24,802 bases of DNA, from positions 1 to 24,802 of IMG/VR virus record IMGVR_UViG_3300037483_001077, one strand, 5' to 3'. Shown one piece after another: positions 8,586 through 16,434 of the stretch. The notes beneath the pieces were generated by a model. That model did not search any database. It was not told the origin of the DNA and was given only the letters and a program-made list of their open reading frames with translations. Every line of letters starts with the position of its first letter. Positions within the stretch are counted from its first letter, which is position 1. A program made the translations under genes and the position numbers. This stretch comes from a virus (lineage: Duplodnaviria > Caudoviricetes).

Positions 8586-8617
8586 AGAATGTCCGCCGCG
8601 GGCGGGCGTTAAACGCC
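8586..8617 (-). promoter_or_regulatory. Putative late promoter for the spike cassette
   Basis: GGCGTTTAA-N17-CATTCT, inside the palindrome GGCGGGCGTT-A-AACGCCCGCC. Confidence 0.7.
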
Positions 8618-9583
8618 CGCCGGGCGTTGATCGCCATAGCGCTGGCGCCACAGCCGATCGGTCTCTTCCTGGAACCCGCGGTCGAATTTGAGGCTTCTCG
8701 GATCGTATCTCGGATCGGTGATCCGCCGCTCGAGCTCGCCGTCCGAGAGCGCTCCCGCCGGCGTGCCGCCGTTCATCGCCGGCGCCGTCCTGCCGGACAT
8801 CCGCTGGAACTGCTCGATCGCGCGGATGCCGCGCGGATCGTTGCCGAGCTGCATCACCAGAAAATCGGCGATCTTGTCCGAGAGCTCGGGATCGGCATCG
8901 AAGCCGTGCTGGGACTTGATGCCGTCGAGATAGGCCAGCGCCTCGGTGATCCGCCGGCTCACCGCCCGATTCTGTTCGTCCGGGGCCAGCCCCCGGGCGT
9001 CGTGCGGGACCAGCTCGTCGATCATCTTGTTGAAATCGACCGGGGCCTCGACCGCGACCTCATCGATCATCAGCTCGAGCATTTTGGGCATCACCGCCGC
9101 GTACTGCTTGTCGGTGACCCCGGCCGCGTGGAAGATCGCCCGCGCGCCCTCCATCATCTTGTCGCCCTCGAGCGCCTCCATGTAGGGCTGGAGCTTGTCG
9201 CTCGCCTCGAAGGCGTAGCTGGAAGGCTTCTCCGGCACCGCGCCAATCCGCGACGCCTGGTCGCGGAAGCCGTCGAACGCCTTGTAGAGATTGTCGATCG
9301 TCTCGCGCTCGCTGGCTCCGAGCAGGTGATCGGGCAGTCCGGCCGGCCGGTAGCTGGTGTTGGCCGCGGCCGCCGCGGCCGCCGCGGCATCGGCCTCAAA
9401 GGTTGCCCTGGCGGCGGCGTCGGCGAGCGAACCCGGCCCGTCGCCGCCCGGCTGGCCGCCGCCTTCGCCGCCCTTGCCGTTTCCACCATCGCCCCCGGCG
9501 CCGGCATCGCCGGGAGCTCCGCCACCGCCCTCGCCCTCGGGCGCCATGAGCGGCAGCAAGCTCATAAGATCGCGGATACTCAT
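8609..9583 (-). CDS. Capsid scaffolding protein
   Basis: 324 aa from ATG 9583 (AAGGAG RBS, overlaps the upstream stop). Gly-rich N-terminus, RPAGLPDHL, VPEKPSSY, and C-terminal DPRYDP...DRGFQEE helix. Confidence 0.82.
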   Translation of the reverse strand: MSIRDLMSLLPLMAPEGEGGGGAPGDAGAGGDGGNGKGGEGGGQPGGDGPGSLADAAARATFEADAAAAAAAAANTSYRPAGLPDHLLGASERETIDNLYKAFDGFRDQASRIGAVPEKPSSYAFEASDKLQPYMEALEGDKMMEGARAIFHAAGVTDKQYAAVMPKMLELMIDEVAVEAPVDFNKMIDELVPHDARGLAPDEQNRAVSRRITEALAYLDGIKSQHGFDADPELSDKIADFLVMQLGNDPRGIRAIEQFQRMSGRTAPAMNGGTPAGALSDGELERRITDPRYDPRSLKFDRGFQEETDRLWRQRYGDQRPAGV

Positions 9584-9984
9584 AGTTTTTCTCCTTCTCT
9601 TTCGGGCGGGGCCTGATCGAGGCCTATGGCGACGAGACGCATGATGTGCGCCATCACGAGGTTCATCCCTTCCCTCTGCGCGCCCATCATCGCGGTGCGC
9701 ATCGGGTCGATCTCCCACGAGACGACGAAGGCGGGCCGCCTGAGCGTCACGTCGCACAAATGCTCGAACGCGGCCTTGCCGTCGGCGCTCAGCCAGAGCC
9801 GGGCGAACGTGCCGGCGATCTCCCTCAGCTCCTCGAGCGCGCGGTCGGCCTCCGCCCCGCCGGCCTCGGGAAACAGGCCCTTGAGGAAGTCCTCGACCGT
9901 GCCGATCTCGGCGAGGTTCCTGGACAGCGTCTCGAACGGCATCGCCGCGCGGCCGTCGAACCCGGCCGGACCCACCGGCGGCAT
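9580..9984 (-). CDS. Bbp19-like protein between portal and scaffold
   Basis: 134 aa. FARLWLSADGKAAFEHL...TLRRP...REGMNLVMAHI pattern and conserved position. Confidence 0.75.
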   Translation of the reverse strand: MPPVGPAGFDGRAAMPFETLSRNLAEIGTVEDFLKGLFPEAGGAEADRALEELREIAGTFARLWLSADGKAAFEHLCDVTLRRPAFVVSWEIDPMRTAMMGAQREGMNLVMAHIMRLVAIGLDQAPPEREGEKL

Positions 9985-11582
9985 CAGGCGGTCCCCTGTT
10001 GCGGCTGGGCCTGCGCGCTCGCGAGCTGCGCCACCGCGCGCTGGATCTTGGCCTCGAGCTCTTTTTGTTCATCGGCCGTGGTCACGAACTCGGGCGGCAC
10101 GCCGCGCTCGGCGGCGATGTGCCTGAGCGCGTCGTCGACCCTGACGATGAGGTCGATCGCCTCCTGGCCGCGCACCGCGGCGACGAGTTCGATGAACTCG
10201 ACGATGACGTTGAGCGCCTGGCTCTTGAGCGCGGCGGCGATCGGCGAGCGCACCTCGACCCTGGTGAGCAAGTTGTCGATATCGAGATCGACGTCGAGGA
10301 GCTTTTCGTCGTGGAGAATCTCGATCACCCGGCGGACGATCACCGGATGGATTTCGTTCACCATCCGGCCGAACGCGCCGACATAGTTGACCGCGGTGCG
10401 CTTGATCGTCTCCATGATCTCGGTCGCCGAGCGCGGCGTCGCGCCCACCGGCGGCGGCGGCTCGTCGTGGAGCGCCGCCTGGACCTGTTGCCTCAGATCG
10501 CTGGTGATCAGCTGCGACACGTCGGTGCGGCCCGATGTATCGAGCCGCGCGACATCGGCGCCGAACGCTCCGCCGGTCGACGACATCGGCCAGAACTGCG
10601 CCGGCGCGATCCGCGCGGTGTCGGGATTGAAGGCGCCGCCGGGCCGATAGGCCCAGATCCCGAGCATCGAGATCGCGGCGGCCTTGAGCATGATCTCGAC
10701 CGCCTTGTTCAGGGTCTTGACGGTCGGCAGCGCCAGCAGCACCGGCCCGCGCCCGTAAGCCTCGCCCGGCACGCGGTAGTAGCGGGGCACCGCCACCGGC
10801 TGGGTGCGGTAGGTTTCGGTGACGATCGGCGCCTCCTCGGACTCTTCGATCCACACCACGAGTTTCCAGCCCGGGTCCTCGTCGACGAAATCCTGATGGA
10901 TCACGATCTCGTCGTCGGCGTGGTCCTGTTCCTGATCGACGAATTCGGAGGGGTAGTCCCCCTTGGGGAAAGCGCCCCTGATCTGCCGCCGCGTGAGCTT
11001 GGTCTTCCACGAGACGAGGACCGGCGCGCCATAGGCGTCGCACTCGACCGCGACCTCGTCGAACGGGAGCGCCGCGAACCGGATTGGCCGGCGCTTGTCG
11101 CCGGCGATCGGCAGGAGGGCGCCGTTGCCGACCAGGAGGTCGACGCACATGTCCGTCGTCGCCTGGTCGAACTCCGGGACCTCCATGAAAGCCGAGACCA
11201 CGGTGCCGACCCGGTCGTACTCGCGCCTGAGCTGCTGCTCCTCGCCCTTGTCGCCGCCGATCGCGAGCTTGGCGAGCGGGCCGGGCACGAGGTCGAAGGA
11301 TTTCTGGCCCGGCGGGAACAGATCGTTGTGGAGCTTTCCGGCCGACCGGAACGCCGAGACGATCGCGGTGTTGTCGAACACCCGCTCGACATTGGCGACG
11401 CCCTTGCCGCGCCTCGAGGCCGGACGGCGGTACGGGATCGCGAACTCGTAGGCGTCGGCATAGAGCTTGTCCCATGGCTCGCGGTCGCGCCATGCGCGCT
11501 CGACGCGCTTGCGGTGCCGCTTGAACCACTCGGCTTCGCTGGCCGGGCGGTCGGGCGTGGCGCTGGTTGCCTCGCTCGCCAT
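9984..11582 (-). CDS. Portal / head-to-tail connector (T7 gp8-like)
   Basis: 532 aa. YEFAIPYR, VFDNTA, DLLVGNG, RYYRVPGEAYGRGPVLLALPTVKTLN, RSATEI and SPIA motifs. Confidence 0.95.
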   Translation of the reverse strand: MASEATSATPDRPASEAEWFKRHRKRVERAWRDREPWDKLYADAYEFAIPYRRPASRRGKGVANVERVFDNTAIVSAFRSAGKLHNDLFPPGQKSFDLVPGPLAKLAIGGDKGEEQQLRREYDRVGTVVSAFMEVPEFDQATTDMCVDLLVGNGALLPIAGDKRRPIRFAALPFDEVAVECDAYGAPVLVSWKTKLTRRQIRGAFPKGDYPSEFVDQEQDHADDEIVIHQDFVDEDPGWKLVVWIEESEEAPIVTETYRTQPVAVPRYYRVPGEAYGRGPVLLALPTVKTLNKAVEIMLKAAAISMLGIWAYRPGGAFNPDTARIAPAQFWPMSSTGGAFGADVARLDTSGRTDVSQLITSDLRQQVQAALHDEPPPPVGATPRSATEIMETIKRTAVNYVGAFGRMVNEIHPVIVRRVIEILHDEKLLDVDLDIDNLLTRVEVRSPIAAALKSQALNVIVEFIELVAAVRGQEAIDLIVRVDDALRHIAAERGVPPEFVTTADEQKELEAKIQRAVAQLASAQAQPQQGTA

Positions 11583-11583
11583 G

Positions 11584-11892
11584 TCAGCCGAGCGTCGACC
11601 TCAGGCCCGCTTCCCCGGTCGCGGCCAAGAGCAGGCGCCGGCCCGGCGGCGGGCGGCGAACGGTTCTCAGCGCGGAGCTCGATGTCGCGTCTTCACGCTG
11701 GAGCTCCTGGCGCTGGCGCGCGAGCTGGATTTCCTGCTGTTCGCGGGCGCCGCGGGAAATTTCCTCCTGGCGCGCCCGAGACGCGCGTCCCTCGACAAGC
11801 TGTTGCTCCTGGAGGGCGAGCGCCTTGGTCTGAAGGCCGCCCTGTTTCGGTGCTGAGAACAGCGCCTTGATCCCCTGCGCGACGGCTGCCAT
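11584..11892 (-). CDS. Small virion-associated protein upstream of portal (T7 gp7.3-like position)
   Basis: 102 aa, GGAGG RBS, coiled-coil middle, ends RRLLL...STLG. Confidence 0.75.
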   Translation of the reverse strand: MAAVAQGIKALFSAPKQGGLQTKALALQEQQLVEGRASRARQEEISRGAREQQEIQLARQRQELQREDATSSSALRTVRRPPPGRRLLLAATGEAGLRSTLG

Positions 11893-12316
11893 CGAAACCT
11901 CCCGTCCATTCCCAGATGCCCGCCGGGCCGAGATCCCCGACCCGGTTGAAGCCGAGAAGCCGCGCCATCCGCTCGCCCGGCCGGTGGCCGCGGCGGATCA
12001 GGCACATCACCGGCCGTCGCCAAGTCTCGGCCTCGCTGGCAATCATTAAACGCGTCCGGCGGAAGATCGGCGTGATGAACCTGTGAACCCGCGGATGGGT
12101 CACGACCCAGAGCTCGCGCCGCGTCCGGCACTCGGAGTGACAGAAGCCGATGACGCAGACGATTGGCCCGGCCGCCACCCGGAAGGCATGGGTCTGCGAA
12201 GCGAAGTGCTGGAGCGTCACCACCTTGAGCGCCAGGCGGCCGATCATCCCGTCGCGCGCGAACAGATCGACGGTCTCGGCGATCGGCGCCGGCCGCTCGA
12301 TCCTGATCTCAGACAT
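11693..12316 (-). CDS. GNAT-fold-like protein (T7 gp13-like)
   Basis: ATG 12316 overlaps the terL stop. CVIGF...ELWVV...GHRPGERMARLLGF resembles the GNAT C-terminal motif. The last ~66 codons overlap the next gene. Confidence 0.6.
   Translation of the reverse strand: MSEIRIERPAPIAETVDLFARDGMIGRLALKVVTLQHFASQTHAFRVAAGPIVCVIGFCHSECRTRRELWVVTHPRVHRFITPIFRRTRLMIASEAETWRRPVMCLIRRGHRPGERMARLLGFNRVGDLGPAGIWEWTGGFDGSRRAGDQGAVLSTETGRPSDQGARPPGATACRGTRVSGAPGGNFPRRPRTAGNPARAPAPGAPA
12023..12053 (-). promoter_or_regulatory. Putative intragenic late promoter upstream of the portal operon
   Basis: GCGTTTAA-N17-GAGACT. The motif uses a TTA Leu codon, which is rare in high-GC genes. Confidence 0.55.
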
Positions 12317-13865
12317 CGAACACGTTGAAGTCCGAGCGGGCCTGCCGCGCCTGGATGAGCGGGACGACGTTGCCCGGACGGCCCGCGCGCGCGGCGTCGT
12401 TGACGAGCCCGGCATGGCCGCGGCTGCCGTAGCAGCCATATTGCAGCGCCTCGTGGGCGTGCGAATACTTGTTCTTGACGAAGGCGACCCGCGAGGAGGT
12501 GTCGTGGCGATTGAGGCGGATCATGAACCCGCCCATGAAACCCGCCCGCAGCATCCTGCAGCGCGGATCCATCAGGAAGTGGGGAACGCCCTCATTGGTG
12601 TCGGGTCGGCGCAGGAACCAGGCGACCGCTTCCTGCCGCGCCGATGGCTCGTTGGTCGGCGTCGGCAGGATATGGACGCCGATCGCGCGGCCGAGCGTTT
12701 CCATGAAGGTCAGCTCGCCGGCCTGGCGATCGGCGCCGTAGAACGCCGAGGGATCGCCCCAGCCGTGGCTGATCGCCAGGCCCCGGAACCGGGACTGGAT
12801 GAGATCGATCGCGTATTCCGAAAATCGGCCGATCCCGGTGCCGGGCTCGGTGACGAGCTCGTCGAGCACCCGGACCTGCCCCTTGGGCGTGTACTGGAAC
12901 ACGACCAGCGCCGGCGAGCCGCCGGCATCGACCCCGATCCTGAGCGGAATGTCCAGCGGCTCGAGCGGGTCCTTGGCGACGTGGAGATCGTGATCGAATT
13001 GCTGATAGACCAGCGCGCCGTCGCCGACGAGCCCGAACTCGCCATGGACGAAGCGGCGCACGTCGTCGGGCGCCATGGTCTTGGCCATCGCCTCGTAGGT
13101 CTCGCGCGGGACGTAGGCGCGGTTCTCGGCCTGGTCGGAGAGGCCAGAGGGCTGGCGCCTCAGCACATAGCCCTCGCGCGGGTTCTCGACGCAGGCCTCG
13201 TGGATCCAGTGCGTGATCAGCGGCGGATTGAGATCGCCGCAGACGGAGAACGGGACGCTGGCCTCGGGATCGGCGAGAAGCCCCCGACCCGGATAGCGGC
13301 CCTGGGTGCAGCGGCCGAGACAGAAGCTCGGAACCTTGCGGGCGATCAGATCGGCCTCGCACAGCCAGAAGAAGTTGCCCTCGTACCCCCTCAGCACCGT
13401 CTCGATCGAGTGCTGACCGATGCCGAAGCCGTCGAGGATGATCTGGACCGGGATCTGCCGTCCCGGCGTGCGGAACCTCAGCGTGAACCGGAACGGCCGG
13501 TCCTGCCCGCCCTCGAAATGCGCGCCCGGGAAGTCGCGCGGGAAGAACCGGAAGATCGACTCGAGCCCGGTGCGATAGAGCGCCCGGAAGTTGTCGTGCA
13601 GCACGGCGCCGCGCACGCGGATCACGCCGTCGGCGCAGATCGGCATCCGCATCGAGAACGCGCCCAGACGGAAGGTCGAGCAGGTGGTCTTGCCGGACCC
13701 GAACGGCCCCATGATCAAATCGACCGGCTCGCAGCCATACATGTACGCCTCGCCCACCGGCCCCGGCGGATCGAACTGGAACAACGACATGTCGCCGCCG
13801 GCGAGCTCGGCGAGATCCTGACCCCGCGGCAGCTCGAATTCGCTCGGCACCATCCATTCGTTCAT
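12309..13865 (-). CDS. terL: Terminase large subunit
   Basis: 518 aa from ATG 13865. Walker A GPFGSGKT, Walker B FFWLCEAD, motif III GDLNPP, nuclease GVDAGGSPA, GDPS and KNKYSHAHEALQY. Confidence 0.95.
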   Translation of the reverse strand: MNEWMVPSEFELPRGQDLAELAGGDMSLFQFDPPGPVGEAYMYGCEPVDLIMGPFGSGKTTCSTFRLGAFSMRMPICADGVIRVRGAVLHDNFRALYRTGLESIFRFFPRDFPGAHFEGGQDRPFRFTLRFRTPGRQIPVQIILDGFGIGQHSIETVLRGYEGNFFWLCEADLIARKVPSFCLGRCTQGRYPGRGLLADPEASVPFSVCGDLNPPLITHWIHEACVENPREGYVLRRQPSGLSDQAENRAYVPRETYEAMAKTMAPDDVRRFVHGEFGLVGDGALVYQQFDHDLHVAKDPLEPLDIPLRIGVDAGGSPALVVFQYTPKGQVRVLDELVTEPGTGIGRFSEYAIDLIQSRFRGLAISHGWGDPSAFYGADRQAGELTFMETLGRAIGVHILPTPTNEPSARQEAVAWFLRRPDTNEGVPHFLMDPRCRMLRAGFMGGFMIRLNRHDTSSRVAFVKNKYSHAHEALQYGCYGSRGHAGLVNDAARAGRPGNVVPLIQARQARSDFNVFDV

Positions 13866-14077
13866 CGCCCTGCCCCCTTGAGATCGAGCTCGCGGCAGAC
13901 CGCCATCGCCCAGTGGGCGGCGAGCTGCATCCGCGCGCACGCTGGCCGGTCCGTGGTACGGCTGCATACGCAGTTGTTGACCCCGTCGATCGCCGAGCAG
14001 ATCACCACAGCAATCCGATCGACCGGATCGGCGTGAAAATCCGGCGGTTTTCGCGCTTTTTGCGTTTTCCGCCTCAT
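13862..14077 (-). CDS. Small Cys-rich hypothetical protein
   Basis: 71 aa with 5 Cys, ATGA-coupled to terL. Start uncertain. Confidence 0.5.
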   Translation of the reverse strand: MRRKTQKARKPPDFHADPVDRIAVVICSAIDGVNNCVCSRTTDRPACARMQLAAHWAMAVCRELDLKGAGR

Positions 14078-14377
14078 TTCCGGCGCCCCCGACCCCGGTC
14101 AGGCTCGATTTTCGCCGTGGCCCCCGGACCCCGTCATTGGTGAAAATTCGTTCCAAAAGGCGACCTCCCACCCAGGCAAGCGTGAAATCGGCCGTGTGTG
14201 TGAGAAGGGACCCCCCTATGGGGGTGGACCGCGGCGGTTTTTGACCCCCCGGCCCGCCATGCGGCCCGGATCGGCCGGCCGGCCGGCCGGCGCCGGGGCC
14301 GAGCGGCGAGGAGGGCCGAGGCCGTCCGAGGCAACTGATTTCCAATCAGTGGCCGCGCCGGGATTTCGCGTGCGAGA

Positions 14378-15055
14378 TCAATCGCTTGCGTCATCGTGCG
14401 ACTTTCCATCGTGCGACTTCGCCGCGCCCGCGCCCGGCGTCACGTCGATAACTCCTTGATTTGCCTCGACATCCTCGATCGAGCGCGATCCGGCGTTGAT
14501 CGTCACCCGATCGGCCCGGCCGAACGCGATCACCGGCGTCACCGGCACGCCCTTATCATCTGTCGTGGCGCGCCTGGAGTGCAGATAGGGCATCGCCTGG
14601 CCACGGCAGTCGCGCTGCCACCGCGCCAGGTCCATCACGCTCGCCTCCAGCTTGAGGCCGCGATCTGAGGCGATGGTCCGCATCTCCGTGATCAGCTCGC
14701 CGAGCGGCATGGTGCCGATCGCCACGTCCGCCTCCAGCGGATCGCCGTAGCGCTCGATCAGCGCCACCGCGACCGTCTCGGTCCTGATGTTGCGAGCGCC
14801 CTTCGGCCTCCCCGGACCCCGACGTGAGGAGAGCAATTTCCCGGCCCGCGCGCCTCCAGGCAGACCGATCGCGCTGGCCACCAGTCCGCCGGCCGCGCGC
14901 CGGCGCTCCAGCTCGTCGCCGATCGCGAGCTCGGGCTCGGCCGGCTCGCCCGCCTGTGAGCTCCCACTCCCGCCGGTCCCGGCCCTGTCATCGTCCATCG
15001 CGCGCAGATCCTCGATATTTAATCCGTCAGCGGCCGCCTGGTCGCTTCCAGGCAC
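14378..15055 (-). CDS. Probable terminase small subunit
   Basis: GPGRPKGARN and AMPYLHSR motifs, C-terminal VIDVTP, first gene of the late region. Start codon uncertain. Confidence 0.7.
   Translation of the reverse strand: MPGSDQAAADGLNIEDLRAMDDDRAGTGGSGSSQAGEPAEPELAIGDELERRRAAGGLVASAIGLPGGARAGKLLSSRRGPGRPKGARNIRTETVAVALIERYGDPLEADVAIGTMPLGELITEMRTIASDRGLKLEASVMDLARWQRDCRGQAMPYLHSRRATTDDKGVPVTPVIAFGRADRVTINAGSRSIEDVEANQGVIDVTPGAGAAKSHDGKSHDDASD
14449..14461 (-). promoter_or_regulatory. IHF consensus site
   Basis: AATCAAGGAGTTA is an exact match to WATCAANNNNTTR, at the 3' end of the terS-like gene. Confidence 0.6.
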
Positions 15056-15063
15056 CAGCGGCC

Positions 15064-15297
15064 GGTTATAAGTTCTAACCGCTTACAACCGAAATCTAAC
15101 CACGTTTCTGCAACAAAAACATACACTTAGACGAAAAGGTTAGAAGTTATAAGATATTACCGCATCCCTTACGCGCGCGGCCGCGCGCGCGTCACGCGAG
15201 GCCATCGCGTCCAACCTCTAACCTAACCATCTAAGTCATTGAAAAACCTCGGAAAACACGGTTATAAAACGGTTGTAAGCGGTTAGAACTTCCAACC
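15064..15297. repeat. AT-rich dyad-symmetric region, probable replication origin
   Basis: Perfect 22-bp arms (15070..15091 and 15270..15291), a central 18-bp palindrome (15172..15189) and many CTAACC/GGTTAG-type hexamers, all centred on 15180.5. Confidence 0.75.
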
Positions 15298-15326
15298 GCG
15301 TCCAATCGCTCGCTCGAATGCCTGGC

Positions 15327-15358
15327 AGCGTAGGTCCGGACCGGGCGACTTAAACGCC
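15327..15358 (-). promoter_or_regulatory. Putative late promoter upstream of terS
   Basis: GGCGTTTAA-N17-TACGCT. Confidence 0.7.
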
Positions 15359-15467
15359 CATAACAGGGTCGGGGACCGGGCCTTGCCTCGCGCCGGCCAG
15401 GGGCGCGGCGCCGCGCGGTCAGCCGAGCCCTCGCGCGCCCTGCGCCTCGCCATGGCGATGAGCGGGG

Positions 15468-15647
15468 CTAGGCGTGGCGGGGAGCGGCCTCTATCGCCTC
15501 GCACAAGAGCTCGATCGATCGCGGAATTTCGATCCGGCCGGTCTCGTAGCGGCTGATCATGGTCCAGTGCCGGCCGAGCCGCTCGGCCGCCTCGGCCTGG
15601 GTGAGACCGAGGCGGACGCGCCAGAGGGTGAGGTCGTGGGCGGTCAT
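15468..15647 (-). CDS. XRE-family HTH protein, 59 aa (absent from the ORF track)
   Basis: Translated by hand: MTAHDLTLWRVRLGLTQAEAAERLGRHWTMISRYETGRIEIPRSIELLCEAIEAAPRHA. ATG immediately follows the upstream TGA. Confidence 0.88.
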   Translation of the reverse strand: MTAHDLTLWRVRLGLTQAEAAERLGRHWTMISRYETGRIEIPRSIELLCEAIEAAPRHA

Positions 15648-16016
15648 TCAGGCGGCCACCACCGAGCGCAAGAGCTGGCTCATCTCCGGTGTCAGGTCGT
15701 GGCGTGGGCTCGCGGTCCCGGCCCACGCGTGGTAGGCATCGCTCAGGTCTCTGTGCTCCATCTGCGAGCGGTCGGCGGCGGGCGGAAGGGGAGTATGAGG
15801 CATGCCCTTCCTTGCGTATTTTTCGATCTGATCGGCAGCGTGGCGGTCCTGTCCCCGGCGAATTCTTTCATCACGCAGCCATTTCTGGTGGCGCTGCTGT
15901 ATCTCGCGCCGTATCGCCGCGCCAGCGGCTTGCACCTGTGCGGGCATGGCGTGGATGTCGGGCTGGCAGGGTGCCGAGAAATCCACATGAATGCTCTGGA
16001 TGCGGTATTGGGTCAT
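15648..16016 (-). CDS. Hypothetical protein (moron)
   Basis: 122 aa, GGAG RBS, starts 3 nt after the upstream stop. Confidence 0.7.
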   Translation of the reverse strand: MTQYRIQSIHVDFSAPCQPDIHAMPAQVQAAGAAIRREIQQRHQKWLRDERIRRGQDRHAADQIEKYARKGMPHTPLPPAADRSQMEHRDLSDAYHAWAGTASPRHDLTPEMSQLLRSVVAA

Positions 16017-16019
16017 GAT

Positions 16020-16337
16020 CTACTCCGTCTCGATCGGGGTGGCGGTGATGATGTGCGTCGCCCTCCCGTCGCGATTGTCCTCGACCTCGGCGTAGTCGCC
16101 GGCAATCTGGTAGAAGACGCGACCGGCATAGCGCTCGACCTCGGTAATGGTCGCGGTGCGGTGATGAGGGACCCCGCTTGGCTCCCAGATGGAGCTGTCG
16201 CGGCGATAGCTCCCGAGGTGCTCGGTGACACGGACGGTAGCGCCGACCCGCAGCGGCTCCATGTCCGCAGGCATCGAGCGCGCGGCGACGTAGCGGTCCC
16301 ATTTACGCTGGATGCCACTCATGATCTCGTCGGTCAT
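16020..16337 (-). CDS. Hypothetical protein, possible SH3/KOW-like beta barrel (moron)
   Basis: 105 aa, strong AGAGGAG RBS, LRVGATVRV...ATITEV pattern. Confidence 0.75.
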   Translation of the reverse strand: MTDEIMSGIQRKWDRYVAARSMPADMEPLRVGATVRVTEHLGSYRRDSSIWEPSGVPHHRTATITEVERYAGRVFYQIAGDYAEVEDNRDGRATHIITATPIETE

Positions 16338-16364
16338 CTGTCTATCTCCTCTATCGATGATCGC

Positions 16365-16393
16365 AATATAGCACCACGCTATGCGCCCGGCAA
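16365..16393 (-). promoter_or_regulatory. Sigma70-type promoter of the moron
   Basis: TTGCCG-N17-TATATT. Inverted repeat ATAGC-N5-GCTAT (16368..16382) overlaps the spacer and -10. Confidence 0.7.
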
Positions 16394-16410
16394 TGCGTAA
16401 TGCTTAAATA

Positions 16411-16426
16411 TGTGATGTGGATCACA
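16411..16426. promoter_or_regulatory. CRP/FNR-family box
   Basis: TGTGATGTGGATCACA = TGTGA-N6-TCACA. Confidence 0.55.
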
Positions 16427-16434
16427 ACCGGCCA

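Noticed and set aside
9520-9583. Scaffold N-terminus (MSIRDLMSLLPLMAPEGEGGGG) as a Prp-type cleavage leader
   Set aside because: Only a loose resemblance to the LQxFA motif, and no protease gene is in view; not supportable from this sequence.
505-14036. Long plus-strand ORFs (505..3600, 3330..4790, 4604..5821, 9999..11870, 12150..14036 and others)
   Set aside because: Antisense shadows of well-supported minus-strand phage genes in high-GC DNA; Arg/Pro/Ala-rich with no recognisable motifs.
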